NCBI GenBank assembly: GCA_038247415.1
Contig: JBBRUX010000052.1
Coordinates: 1-25,369, forward strand
Direction of reading: 5' to 3'
From: Chitinivibrionales bacterium
GTDB lineage: Bacteria > Fibrobacterota > Chitinivibrionia > Chitinivibrionales > WJKA01
Length of the DNA stretch: 25,369 nt
Shown here: positions 1 to 8,500 of the stretch, in pieces
How the letters are laid out: each line of letters begins with the position of its first letter
Position numbering within the stretch: the stretch's first letter is position 1
Made by a program: the position numbers and the translations under genes
The notes under the pieces: generated by a model
Told to the model about the DNA's origin: nothing
What the model saw: the letters and a program-made list of their open reading frames with translations, nothing else
Database searches by the model: none

Positions 1-281
1 ACGGGATATTTTTGAAATATCTTTATGAAGTGCATCATAGCCGAATGACCTGTTTATACTATTTATTTCGTTTAATTATCAATTACGGTTTCGCAATTCA
101 CTAATTGCCGACGTATTGAAAATGACGCAACCATCCCCGTGCGGTGATCTAATTAATTCGACAGAAAAAAGCGATTTGTTAGTTGTATCCGGTATTGTTG
201 TATATCAAGCTCCTTTTTGTAAAATCACTTTCCCAAAATATATTTCTGACGGGTAGGTATACAAGAGTGCTGAGTGTTCAC

Positions 282-642
282 GCTTATTTGGATCTCATTT
301 TTTACCAGTACCGAAACGAAGGCCTCATAGGTAAACTGGCAACCCTGGTCCGTATTGAAGATTTCAGGTGTGCCATGCTTGGTAATGGCTTCCTCAACCG
401 CCTCCACGCAAAATGAACTATCTAATGTCATTGAAATTCGCCATGAAAGAACATATCGGCTGTACCAATCAATTACCGCACAGAGAAAAACAAAGCCTCC
501 TTTCAAGCGAATATAGGTAATATCGGGGCTCCAAACCTGATTTACTCGTTTGATTGTTATTCCCCGCAGAAGATATGGGTACTTCTTGTGAGCCTTGTTG
601 GGCTTAGAGGTATTTACTTTTCGGTAGATCGCATACAAAGCC
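282..642 (-). pseudogene. IS3-family transposase (OrfB, rve integrase core) fragment, truncated at both ends
   Basis: Part of ORF 225..764 reads LYAIYRKVNTSKP..HKKYPYLLRG..RVNQVWSPDITYI..GFVFLCAVIDWYSRYVLSW..EIFNTDQGCQFT..EIQIS, typical of IS3 OrfB. The first two Asp of the DDE triad are present, but homology stops before the MDGKG..DN..E segment. No OrfA or terminal IRs seen. Confidence 0.88.
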
Positions 643-881
643 TTGCTCTTTTGTGAAGTTGTCAGCGTTAGCCAGCGTGATGGAGGCTTTGCGACATGAC
701 ACGCTGGATTCAAACACAGGCAATTTGCCGAAGGCCAAGGGCGGTATTCCGGCCGCAGCATCAAAGGGGCTGTTGGTGGATGTAAACCGGGACGCTACCA
801 TAGTGTAATGTCTTTCTGAGGCGGCTCTTCTCTTCGTTTTGGCATTCCAGCCCGTTCTCTTACTTTTTCTGCGGCGCATTC

Positions 882-2204
882 TTATTGCTGTCCATTTTCC
901 GGGGTTGTGCCTCCATTCTGCATATTCTTGACTTCAATAATTGTCTCGTAAACATGAGACCTGCTTACCTTCCTAATTGTAAACAGGAGCGCATTGTATA
1001 TAACGAAAGATTCTACCTTAAGGTTATTACCTATGCGTTCACGAATCCATTGATCGAGCGTACGGTCATCATCAGGCAGGTTGTGTCTTAAAACTGAATT
1101 GAGCCTTCTTAATGTGATACCGCCTCCCGCTACGAAACGATGCGATGCAATTTCATATAAATGTTCTGGAAGAACATCGTATTCATCCTGAATGCTGCCA
1201 ACAATAGTCTCAAGAATATCTTCCATGGTTACCAGGCCAGAAACCTGATCTTCCTGATTGCGAACCAACGCAATATGCTGATGGGTTGTAATCAATTTCC
1301 GCAAGACCAAATTTACCGTATCAGTTTCCTTGAAAGATGGCAGTGGGCGACAAATGCCTATGAGCGAAGGATTGGACGGGTTGAGCCGCAAGGTATTGAC
1401 TATATCCTTGAAGTTGACATATCCGATTATTTTATTTATAGAGGATTCGATAAGGGGAAATCGTGTGTGGTGATGTGCATGTGATGCGATTAGCGCGTCC
1501 TGTAAAGACATAGCGGAGGTCAGACATTTCATCTCTGCACGCTTAACCATTATTTGATTGAGTGTTGTTAAGCGAAGGCGTGATGTGTTCGCGATTATGC
1601 CTTCCTGCTCCCTGCTAATCCTGTTTCTGACCGCCGCCGCCTTGGCAATACCAAGTATTTCGCGCAAGGGATCATCGGAGGAACCAATTCCTGTGCGATT
1701 AATACCGAAGATACGAAGGATTATCTTGGTAGACCAGCTTAAAAGGCTGACAACAGGATGTGCAATATTCGAAAAGGTATTGATAACAGGAATAACCCGA
1801 AGGATTACTTTCTCCGGCGATTTCAACCCGATTGCTTTGGGAACCAGTTCTCCAAGAACAATTGAGAGATAGGTTATTGCTCCAACGACGAGAACCAATG
1901 AAAAATCAGTCAAAATATTGTGCGAAAGCGGTAACCCGGTTCTGATAATCAATTGGGAAACATCATCTGCGATGGCGATACCACCTAAAGCACCAGAGAA
2001 TACACCTATTAGTGTTATGCCGACTTGTATTGATGAAAGAAACCTGTCCGGTTCATTCATCATCCGCAAAACGGTGTCGGCATTACGGGTCCCACGATCT
2101 CGTTCAGATTCGATTATTTCTCTTCTTGAAGAAACAAATGCAATTTCCGAAAGAGCGAAAAAACCGTTGATTGCAATGAGTGCTACTATTATCAGAAATT
2201 CCAT
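882..2204 (-). CDS. HlyC/CorC (CNNM/DUF21-CBS-CorC) family membrane protein, putative Mg2+/Co2+ transport
   Basis: N-terminal INGFFALSEIAFVSSRR, FLSSIQVGITLIG and IVLGELVPK motifs. CBS pair with HTRFPL and GLVTMEDILETIVGSIQDEYD. C-terminal CorC domain. Confidence 0.93.
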   Translation of the reverse strand: MEFLIIVALIAINGFFALSEIAFVSSRREIIESERDRGTRNADTVLRMMNEPDRFLSSIQVGITLIGVFSGALGGIAIADDVSQLIIRTGLPLSHNILTDFSLVLVVGAITYLSIVLGELVPKAIGLKSPEKVILRVIPVINTFSNIAHPVVSLLSWSTKIILRIFGINRTGIGSSDDPLREILGIAKAAAVRNRISREQEGIIANTSRLRLTTLNQIMVKRAEMKCLTSAMSLQDALIASHAHHHTRFPLIESSINKIIGYVNFKDIVNTLRLNPSNPSLIGICRPLPSFKETDTVNLVLRKLITTHQHIALVRNQEDQVSGLVTMEDILETIVGSIQDEYDVLPEHLYEIASHRFVAGGGITLRRLNSVLRHNLPDDDRTLDQWIRERIGNNLKVESFVIYNALLFTIRKVSRSHVYETIIEVKNMQNGGTTPENGQQ

Positions 2205-2322
2205 AAATACTCAGTTTCCGGGAATGGTTGATTCGCTTGCCTGGGAAGATGCAATCCGGTTGCCTGTGAACATTTCAACCAGTCGGCGGCGCAAGGCCGC
2301 CAGTTTGTTGCCCGGCCATTAC

Positions 2323-3420
2323 TTACTGTTGCGAACGCTCAACTGGCAGATTATCTCTCATCCATCCGCCGATGCCGTGTTGCATGTTGTAAACTTTTTT
2401 AAAACCATTACGCATGAGTATCTGGGATGCGGGGATGCTGCGATTACCCGATCGGCAATAAACAAGAACCGGTTTTTCTTTATAGGCGTCGAGTTCACCT
2501 ATTCGATCCGCAAGTTGCTGAACAGGAATGAGCTTAGCGCCGGAAATTCTCTCTGAGTAAAATTCAGAGGGTGTTCGCACATCAAGAATAAGAGGCTTGT
2601 CGGTTGCGATCATCTCGCTAGCTTTTTTAGGGTTGATGCTTTTGAAAATCGCTTTGGAGTTCTCGACTTCGTACTCAAGCACCACAATCTTTGCGAATTG
2701 CTGGCCATCACCGACAGGGCATTTACCGTTGCACATCATGGAATATACGCCAGTTTCCTTGGCTTTAAATTCAAGAGAAAGCTGCTGTCCTGCCACTGCG
2801 CTGCCGGTGGCTTTTAGGGCAGGGATGTGAACCGAATACGGGAATTCGACTTTCTCAAAAACAAGGCGCACCTCCTCTCCGCGATAGACATAGAGATTCC
2901 CGACGGTTGTTGAAGTAGTAAGCGTAATAACCCGTACGCCATTCACCAATTCTCCATCAGGCTGGTCTGCACGTTCCTGCAATGTATCAGATCTATGAGC
3001 CAAGATTGCGCGACGATACACTGCTTCTGGCTGAACTCCCATAAAAGATTGAACCGCTTTTTTGTCTTTTATAAGAACGACAAAGGGAATGCCGGATACT
3101 TGAAAGAGTGACGCTAAATCGGGATTCTTGTCTATATTAATTTTATAAACAGCCACGGACGATTTCATATTAGTGGATACTTTTTCTAGTATTGGCGACA
3201 GCACCCTGCACGGCATACACCAATCTGCATAGAGATCGAACATGAGCAGCTTGCCACCCGATCTGTCAAGTAACGCAGTGAATTGATCTGCGCTCTGGAT
3301 AACTGGAATAGTTACTTTTGAAACTTGTTTATCCGGTACCGCCTGCGCACAGAAAAAGAAGGTACCGACAAACGGGAAAAACAACAGTCTGATGATTTTT
3401 GAGCTTTTACGATTATGCAT
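2323..3420 (-). CDS. Exported thioredoxin / cupredoxin-like / rhodanese three-domain protein
   Basis: Signal-like N-terminus. Thioredoxin DLYADWCMPC..GIP. Middle beta domain VYRGEEVRLVF..SVHIP..LEFKAKETGVYSMMCNGKC. Rhodanese ILDVRTPSEF..ISGAKLIP..VYCRSGNRS..GFKKVYNMQHGIGGW. GGAG RBS upstream. Confidence 0.85.
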   Translation of the reverse strand: MHNRKSSKIIRLLFFPFVGTFFFCAQAVPDKQVSKVTIPVIQSADQFTALLDRSGGKLLMFDLYADWCMPCRVLSPILEKVSTNMKSSVAVYKINIDKNPDLASLFQVSGIPFVVLIKDKKAVQSFMGVQPEAVYRRAILAHRSDTLQERADQPDGELVNGVRVITLTTSTTVGNLYVYRGEEVRLVFEKVEFPYSVHIPALKATGSAVAGQQLSLEFKAKETGVYSMMCNGKCPVGDGQQFAKIVVLEYEVENSKAIFKSINPKKASEMIATDKPLILDVRTPSEFYSERISGAKLIPVQQLADRIGELDAYKEKPVLVYCRSGNRSIPASQILMRNGFKKVYNMQHGIGGWMRDNLPVERSQQ

Positions 3421-3644
3421 AGAGCTTTCTCCTTGTTTGATTTAACCTACGGTGAAGGGTTTTTTCTGGAACTGAACAGAAATCCAATATTCTTCTCGAT
3501 TTCAACAATAACTAAAATTGCCATTGAATGTGAAATGCACCCGTAAACGACAAGAATGATTCTTTACAATGCAATGAAAGCCGTCTGGTCGAATCCTTTT
3601 CACACTACATATAAACCGTATTGGAATGCGTTACTTATAATCAA

Positions 3645-4460
3645 TCACCCCAAAGCAACATCAAGAATCATCATCACCGCAAAACCGGCCATGGTTGCCA
3701 TAGTTACCAAATCGATATTTTCCTGTTTGCGTTGCGATTCCGGGATCAGTTCTTCTACGACAACAAAAATCATCGCGCCTGCGGCAAAGCAAAGTGCATA
3801 GGGGAGAACGTCCTGCATATGGAGAACAAATAGCGCGCCGAGCACCCCGGCAACCGGCTCGACCAAACCGGAGGCTTGACCCAAAAGGAAACTTTTCATA
3901 CGCCCCATTCCTTCTCTGCGAAGCGGCAACGCAACAGCAGCACCTTCGGGAAAATTCTGGAGCCCAATCCCAATTGCAAGTGCAATAGCCCCACCAATTG
4001 TGGCAGATGGAAGGTTGGCGGCTACCGCTCCAAATGCCACACCTACAGCAAGGCCTTCGGGAATGTTATGCAGGGTAATGGCAAGTACCAGAAGCGTACT
4101 TCGTTGCCATGAGGTCTTGATTCCTTCACTTTTATCCAATGCCAGGGTTGGGTGAAGGTGCGGTAGCAATCGGTCGGATAGTCGCATAAAAATACCACCA
4201 CCCATGAAACCTATTACCGCGGTTACCCAAGGAATGTGCCCCATGTGCTCAGCCATTGCTATGCCCGGAGCAAGCAAAGACCAGAAGCTTGCTGCAATCA
4301 TAACACCAGCGGCAAATCCAAGCATGGAATCCATGAGCTTTTGGTTAACTATTTTTGTAAAGAAAACAAGCCCGGCTCCTGCGGCAGTTACACCCCAGGT
4401 GAAACAGGTAGCTATGAGCGCCTGTATCACTGGATCGAATTGTTGAATGAAATCGTTCAT
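3645..4460 (-). CDS. zupT: ZIP family (ZupT/GufA-type) divalent metal transporter
   Basis: GFAAGVMIAASFWSLLAP, AITLHNIPEGLAVGVAFG, GIGLQNFPEGAAVALPL and VVEELIPE motifs. AGGAG RBS. Confidence 0.93.
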   Translation of the reverse strand: MNDFIQQFDPVIQALIATCFTWGVTAAGAGLVFFTKIVNQKLMDSMLGFAAGVMIAASFWSLLAPGIAMAEHMGHIPWVTAVIGFMGGGIFMRLSDRLLPHLHPTLALDKSEGIKTSWQRSTLLVLAITLHNIPEGLAVGVAFGAVAANLPSATIGGAIALAIGIGLQNFPEGAAVALPLRREGMGRMKSFLLGQASGLVEPVAGVLGALFVLHMQDVLPYALCFAAGAMIFVVVEELIPESQRKQENIDLVTMATMAGFAVMMILDVALG

Positions 4461-4759
4461 GGGTTACTCCTGAGTCTTGTTCGTATAAATTATTCTCAAA
4501 CCCTTGTGGCGTTTTGATTACGCGTTGCTCCGAAAGTTGAGTACGGGGCATCAACCCGGTTTGTTTTCCCTGCCAACTCTGCGTCCGCCGGAATAATGTC
4601 AGGCAATGGAATGCGGACAACCGGCCCGTTACAAAGTCCACAAACAAAATTACTATCAATAGGTTGATGCCGAATGTAACAGGATTTTTTTTTAATACGG
4701 GATATAGTACTGACTTGTAGCATAGTTAGTCTTTTGTTTTCACTTTTTTTTTGAATCAT

Positions 4760-4778
4760 TATGGCTAGGCTTAACCTT
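4760..4778. promoter_or_regulatory. Candidate DtxR/MntR-like metal-repressor operator upstream of the ZIP transporter
   Basis: TATGGCTAGGCTTAACCTT matches the DtxR consensus TWAGGTWAGSCTWACCTWA at 14/19 positions. It lies about 300 nt upstream of the zupT start. Confidence 0.3.
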
Positions 4779-5012
4779 AAAATAAACTAAGCGTTCAAAA
4801 ATATTCGATTAATGCAAATTACTTATTGATACCGTGTTAATTTGAACCACAGTACTGTTTTCTTTGACTTCTCTGAACACGCGACCATGAAGCTGATCCC
4901 TTCAATCCCTCAACGGGCAAGCACTCCTCTATACTATATTTAATGGATACTATTTAAAATTTGTTTTACATCTAAAGACTGTGGTATGTATTGACTTTGA
5001 CAGGAGCAAAAA

Positions 5013-5252
5013 ATGATACATGAAGGCTTGCTGATTCTGCTCATTGGCATTGGTGTTGTCTTTCTTTTTTTTACGATCCTGACTATTGCAATGAAAGCGA
5101 TAGCCCTGACTATTACTGCCTTTAACAAGGCATTTCCAGAGAAAATAGAACATGATACGTATCGTAAAACGTCGATGCATCATGGCGCCAATGAGACGGG
5201 TCTGGCAGAAATCGCATTGGCGATTGCAGTTGCTGCGCGCTATAAAAAATAA
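5013..5252 (+). CDS. oadG: Na+-translocating decarboxylase gamma subunit (OadG)
   Basis: 79 aa with one N-terminal TM helix (EGLLILLIGIGVVFLFFTIL) and a C-terminal EIALAIAVAA motif. AGGAG RBS. First gene before oadA/oadB. Confidence 0.85.
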   Translation: MIHEGLLILLIGIGVVFLFFTILTIAMKAIALTITAFNKAFPEKIEHDTYRKTSMHHGANETGLAEIALAIAVAARYKK

Positions 5253-5279
5253 ACCACATACTCTCAAGATGGAGCTCGT

Positions 5280-7082
5280 ATGGCAAAAAAACAAATCAAT
5301 GTCATGATTACAGCCTTCAGAGATGGATTCCAATCTGTCTATGGAGCACGAGTCTTTACTAGAGATTATATTCCAGCAATTGCAGCTGCACGTGATGCCG
5401 GAATTTCCTATTTCGAAGCGGGTGGAGGAGCGATGTTTCAATCCTCCTATTTTTACTGTAACGAAGATGCATTTGCGCACATGGATGAGTTCAGGAAAAT
5501 TGCAGGCCCGGACGCAAACCTGCAGACACTTGCACGTGGTGTTAATGTTGTATGCCTCGATTCACAACCGCGCGATATCATAAAGTTACACGCCGTACTT
5601 TTCAAAAAACATGGAATAACTACTATAAGGAACTTCGATGCGCTCAACGATGTTGACAATTTGATATACAGCGGACACTGTATCCATGATGCAGGGCTGA
5701 AACATCAGGTCGTAGTAACCATGATGGAATTGCCACCAGGATGCGAAGGTGCGCATACACCCGAGTTTTATTCCAAGACATTGCGTAGTATTCTCGATGC
5801 CGGAATTCCTTACGATTCAGTTTGTTTTAAAGACGCATCCGGGACATCGATCCCGTCAAAAGTGTACGAAACTATCAGTCAAGCACGTCGCATGGTTCCT
5901 CAAGGAACCAGTATCCATTTCCACACCCACGAGACAGCCGGAATTGGTGTGATCCAATACAAGGCCGCACTTGATGCTGGGGCAGATGCGATCGACTTGT
6001 CAATGGCGCCTGTTTCTGGCGGTACCTGCCAGACAGATGTAATGACAATGTGGCATGCTCTGCGGGGTACCGATTACGATCTCGGAATAAATGTGGAAAA
6101 GATGATGGAAGCCGAAGAAGTTTTTAAGGAATGCATGAAAAACTACCTTATTCCTCCTGAATCGCGCGCTGTTGAGCCTCTGATCCCGTTTTCTCCCATG
6201 CCCGGTGGGGCGTTGACTGCCAATACACAGATGCTTCGCGATAACGGAATAATGAATAAATATCCAGAAATTATAAAGGCAATGAGTGAGGTTGTCCGAC
6301 GTGGTGGCTTTGGGACATCGGTAACACCGGTTTCACAGTTTTACTTTCAGCAAGCTTACAACAATGTACTATTTGGTAACTGGAAAAAAATTGCAGAAGG
6401 ATATGGCAAGATGGTTCTGGGATATTTTGGGAAGACACCGGTCATGCCTGATCAGGAAATCAGATCGATAGCATCGCAGCAGCTCAATCTTCCGCCAACC
6501 TCCGAAAAAACAGTAGACATAGATGATCGGGATGCAAAAAAAGGCATTGGTTGGGCAAAGACAGCCCTCGCAAATGCTCACATAACCGACATTACAGACG
6601 AGAAAATATTTATTGTTGCAGCATGCAAAGAAAAGGGCATTACCTTTCTAAAAGGTGAAGCTAAGTCCGCAGTGCGTAAAGTTGAGACCAAGAATGATAC
6701 ACCGACCACACAATCATCACATAACAATCTTTCGGTAACCATTGACGGAAAACTGTTCACTGTGCAGATGCAGAATGATAGTGCCGTTGTCAACGGAGTC
6801 AAGCATTCGTACACAGTAACAGATGGAATTGTAAAGGCCGGAGAATCGTCAAATGCCGTAGCAGCCACAGAACGAATGATATCTTCACCCCTCCCGGGTA
6901 ATGTGGTACGGGTTCTTATTGCTGTTGAACAGCATGTACAAGAAGGTGATGTGTTATTTATTGTTGAAGCAATGAAAATGGAAACGGAAATTAAATCAAA
7001 ATATGCAGGTGTCCTCAAATCAATAGCTGTCAAGCAGGGCGATCAGGTGACAACAGGTCAAGAACTTGCAAAGATTATATAG
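5280..7082 (+). CDS. oadA: Oxaloacetate decarboxylase alpha subunit (carboxyltransferase + biotin carrier)
   Basis: FRDGFQS, CFKDASG, HTH, MPGG and VTPVSQ carboxyltransferase motifs. C-terminal biotinyl domain SPLPG..VEAMKMETEI. Flanked by oadG and oadB. Confidence 0.92.
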   Translation: MAKKQINVMITAFRDGFQSVYGARVFTRDYIPAIAAARDAGISYFEAGGGAMFQSSYFYCNEDAFAHMDEFRKIAGPDANLQTLARGVNVVCLDSQPRDIIKLHAVLFKKHGITTIRNFDALNDVDNLIYSGHCIHDAGLKHQVVVTMMELPPGCEGAHTPEFYSKTLRSILDAGIPYDSVCFKDASGTSIPSKVYETISQARRMVPQGTSIHFHTHETAGIGVIQYKAALDAGADAIDLSMAPVSGGTCQTDVMTMWHALRGTDYDLGINVEKMMEAEEVFKECMKNYLIPPESRAVEPLIPFSPMPGGALTANTQMLRDNGIMNKYPEIIKAMSEVVRRGGFGTSVTPVSQFYFQQAYNNVLFGNWKKIAEGYGKMVLGYFGKTPVMPDQEIRSIASQQLNLPPTSEKTVDIDDRDAKKGIGWAKTALANAHITDITDEKIFIVAACKEKGITFLKGEAKSAVRKVETKNDTPTTQSSHNNLSVTIDGKLFTVQMQNDSAVVNGVKHSYTVTDGIVKAGESSNAVAATERMISSPLPGNVVRVLIAVEQHVQEGDVLFIVEAMKMETEIKSKYAGVLKSIAVKQGDQVTTGQELAKII

Positions 7083-7094
7083 GAGAATCACATC

Positions 7095-8456
7095 ATGAGA
7101 TTGATAGCACTGTTTTTTATTATCTGCATTGGGGTAAGTGCGGTTGTGGCATCAGAGCATTCGTCCCCCATTGCGTCAACAGTTGCCATTGTTCCCGCAC
7201 TAGCTACTGGGGGCTCTGGGAATATCAATTCTCCACAACAGGAGAACGCGCGTGGTTTCTCTGATTCAATGCTTCAGCTTTGGAGGAGCACTGGTGTTGC
7301 AAATCTTGCATGGCAGAATGTTGTCATGATCATGGTAGGTCTGCTTTTAATTTTCCTCGCGATAGCAAAGGGTTTTGAGCCGCTTTTGCTTATCCCTATT
7401 GGCTTTGGAGGGATCTTGGCCAATATCCCTGTTGCAGAAATTGCGGCATTACCCATAACAACAGCAATTATGCAACAATCAGTGGGTCCAGCCTTGGTAA
7501 CCACAACGTTTGTTGGTGGCTTTCTGGGGCAAATTTATTCGTTTGGCATAGCATCCGGGCTTTTCCCGTTACTCATTTTTATTGGGGTTGGCGCCATGAT
7601 CGATTTTGGGCCACTCATTGCCAATCCGCGGACCGCGTTTCTTGGGGGTGCTGCACAGATCGGTATTTTTGGTACCGTTTTAGGGGCACTCGCATTATCC
7701 AAATATCTCCCGTTCATCAATTTTAGTCTTAAGGATGCTGCCTCAATTGGTATTATTGGCGGCGCCGATGGCCCAACCGCAATATTTCTTGCATCTCGTC
7801 TTTCTCCCGATTTACTCGGATCAATTGCTGTTGCTGCCTACTCCTATATGGCGCTGGTTCCTATCATTCAGCCTCCAATAATGCGAATGCTGACAACGCC
7901 CGCAGAACGGGGGATACAAATGAAACAGCTTCGCCATGTGTCAAAACGCGAAAAAATTGTTTTCCCGATCGCAGTTCTTCTGTTGGTTTCCTTGTTCATT
8001 CCCGATGCAGCACCCCTTATTGGCGCTTTGATGTTTGGAAATCTGGTAAGGGAATCGGGCGTTGTCGAAAGACTTTCAAAAACTGCTCAAAATGAGCTGA
8101 TAAACATTGTGACAATTCTTCTTGGGCTTGGAGTGGGCTCAAAATTAGCTGCCGACAAGTTTCTTCGCCCAGAAACACTCGGAATACTCCTGCTTGGCCT
8201 GATTGCATTTTCGATGGGGACTGCTTCTGGAGTTCTTCTGGCAAAACTCATGAACCTATTCTCTAAGGAAAAGATTAATCCGCTTATCGGAGCAGCTGGT
8301 GTTTCTGCTGTTCCAATGTCTGCGCGTGTGGTGAATAAGGTAGGACAAGAGACCAATCAGCATAATTTTCTGCTTATGCATGCGATGGGGCCTAATGTGG
8401 CAGGGGTTATTGGAAGTGCCGTTGCAGCTGGCGTACTATTAGCAATTTTAGGGTGA
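7095..8456 (+). CDS. oadB: Na+-translocating decarboxylase beta subunit (OadB)
   Basis: [49 protein letters not shown] and [13 protein letters not shown] hallmark motifs. Confidence 0.96.
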   Translation: MRLIALFFIICIGVSAVVASEHSSPIASTVAIVPALATGGSGNINSPQQENARGFSDSMLQLWRSTGVANLAWQNVVMIMVGLLLIFLAIAKGFEPLLLIPIGFGGILANIPVAEIAALPITTAIMQQSVGPALVTTTFVGGFLGQIYSFGIASGLFPLLIFIGVGAMIDFGPLIANPRTAFLGGAAQIGIFGTVLGALALSKYLPFINFSLKDAASIGIIGGADGPTAIFLASRLSPDLLGSIAVAAYSYMALVPIIQPPIMRMLTTPAERGIQMKQLRHVSKREKIVFPIAVLLLVSLFIPDAAPLIGALMFGNLVRESGVVERLSKTAQNELINIVTILLGLGVGSKLAADKFLRPETLGILLLGLIAFSMGTASGVLLAKLMNLFSKEKINPLIGAAGVSAVPMSARVVNKVGQETNQHNFLLMHAMGPNVAGVIGSAVAAGVLLAILG

Positions 8457-8500
8457 TTCTAAAAAACGCAGTTGATCGGATAGTAAACCAAAAATCTTTG

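Noticed and set aside
774..782. TGGTGGA as a possible att copy of the ssrA 3' end
   Set aside because: Only 7 bp of identity, expected by chance.
4780..5012. Na+ (DUF1646) riboswitch upstream of oadGAB
   Set aside because: Looked for because of the gene context, but no recognisable motif was seen.
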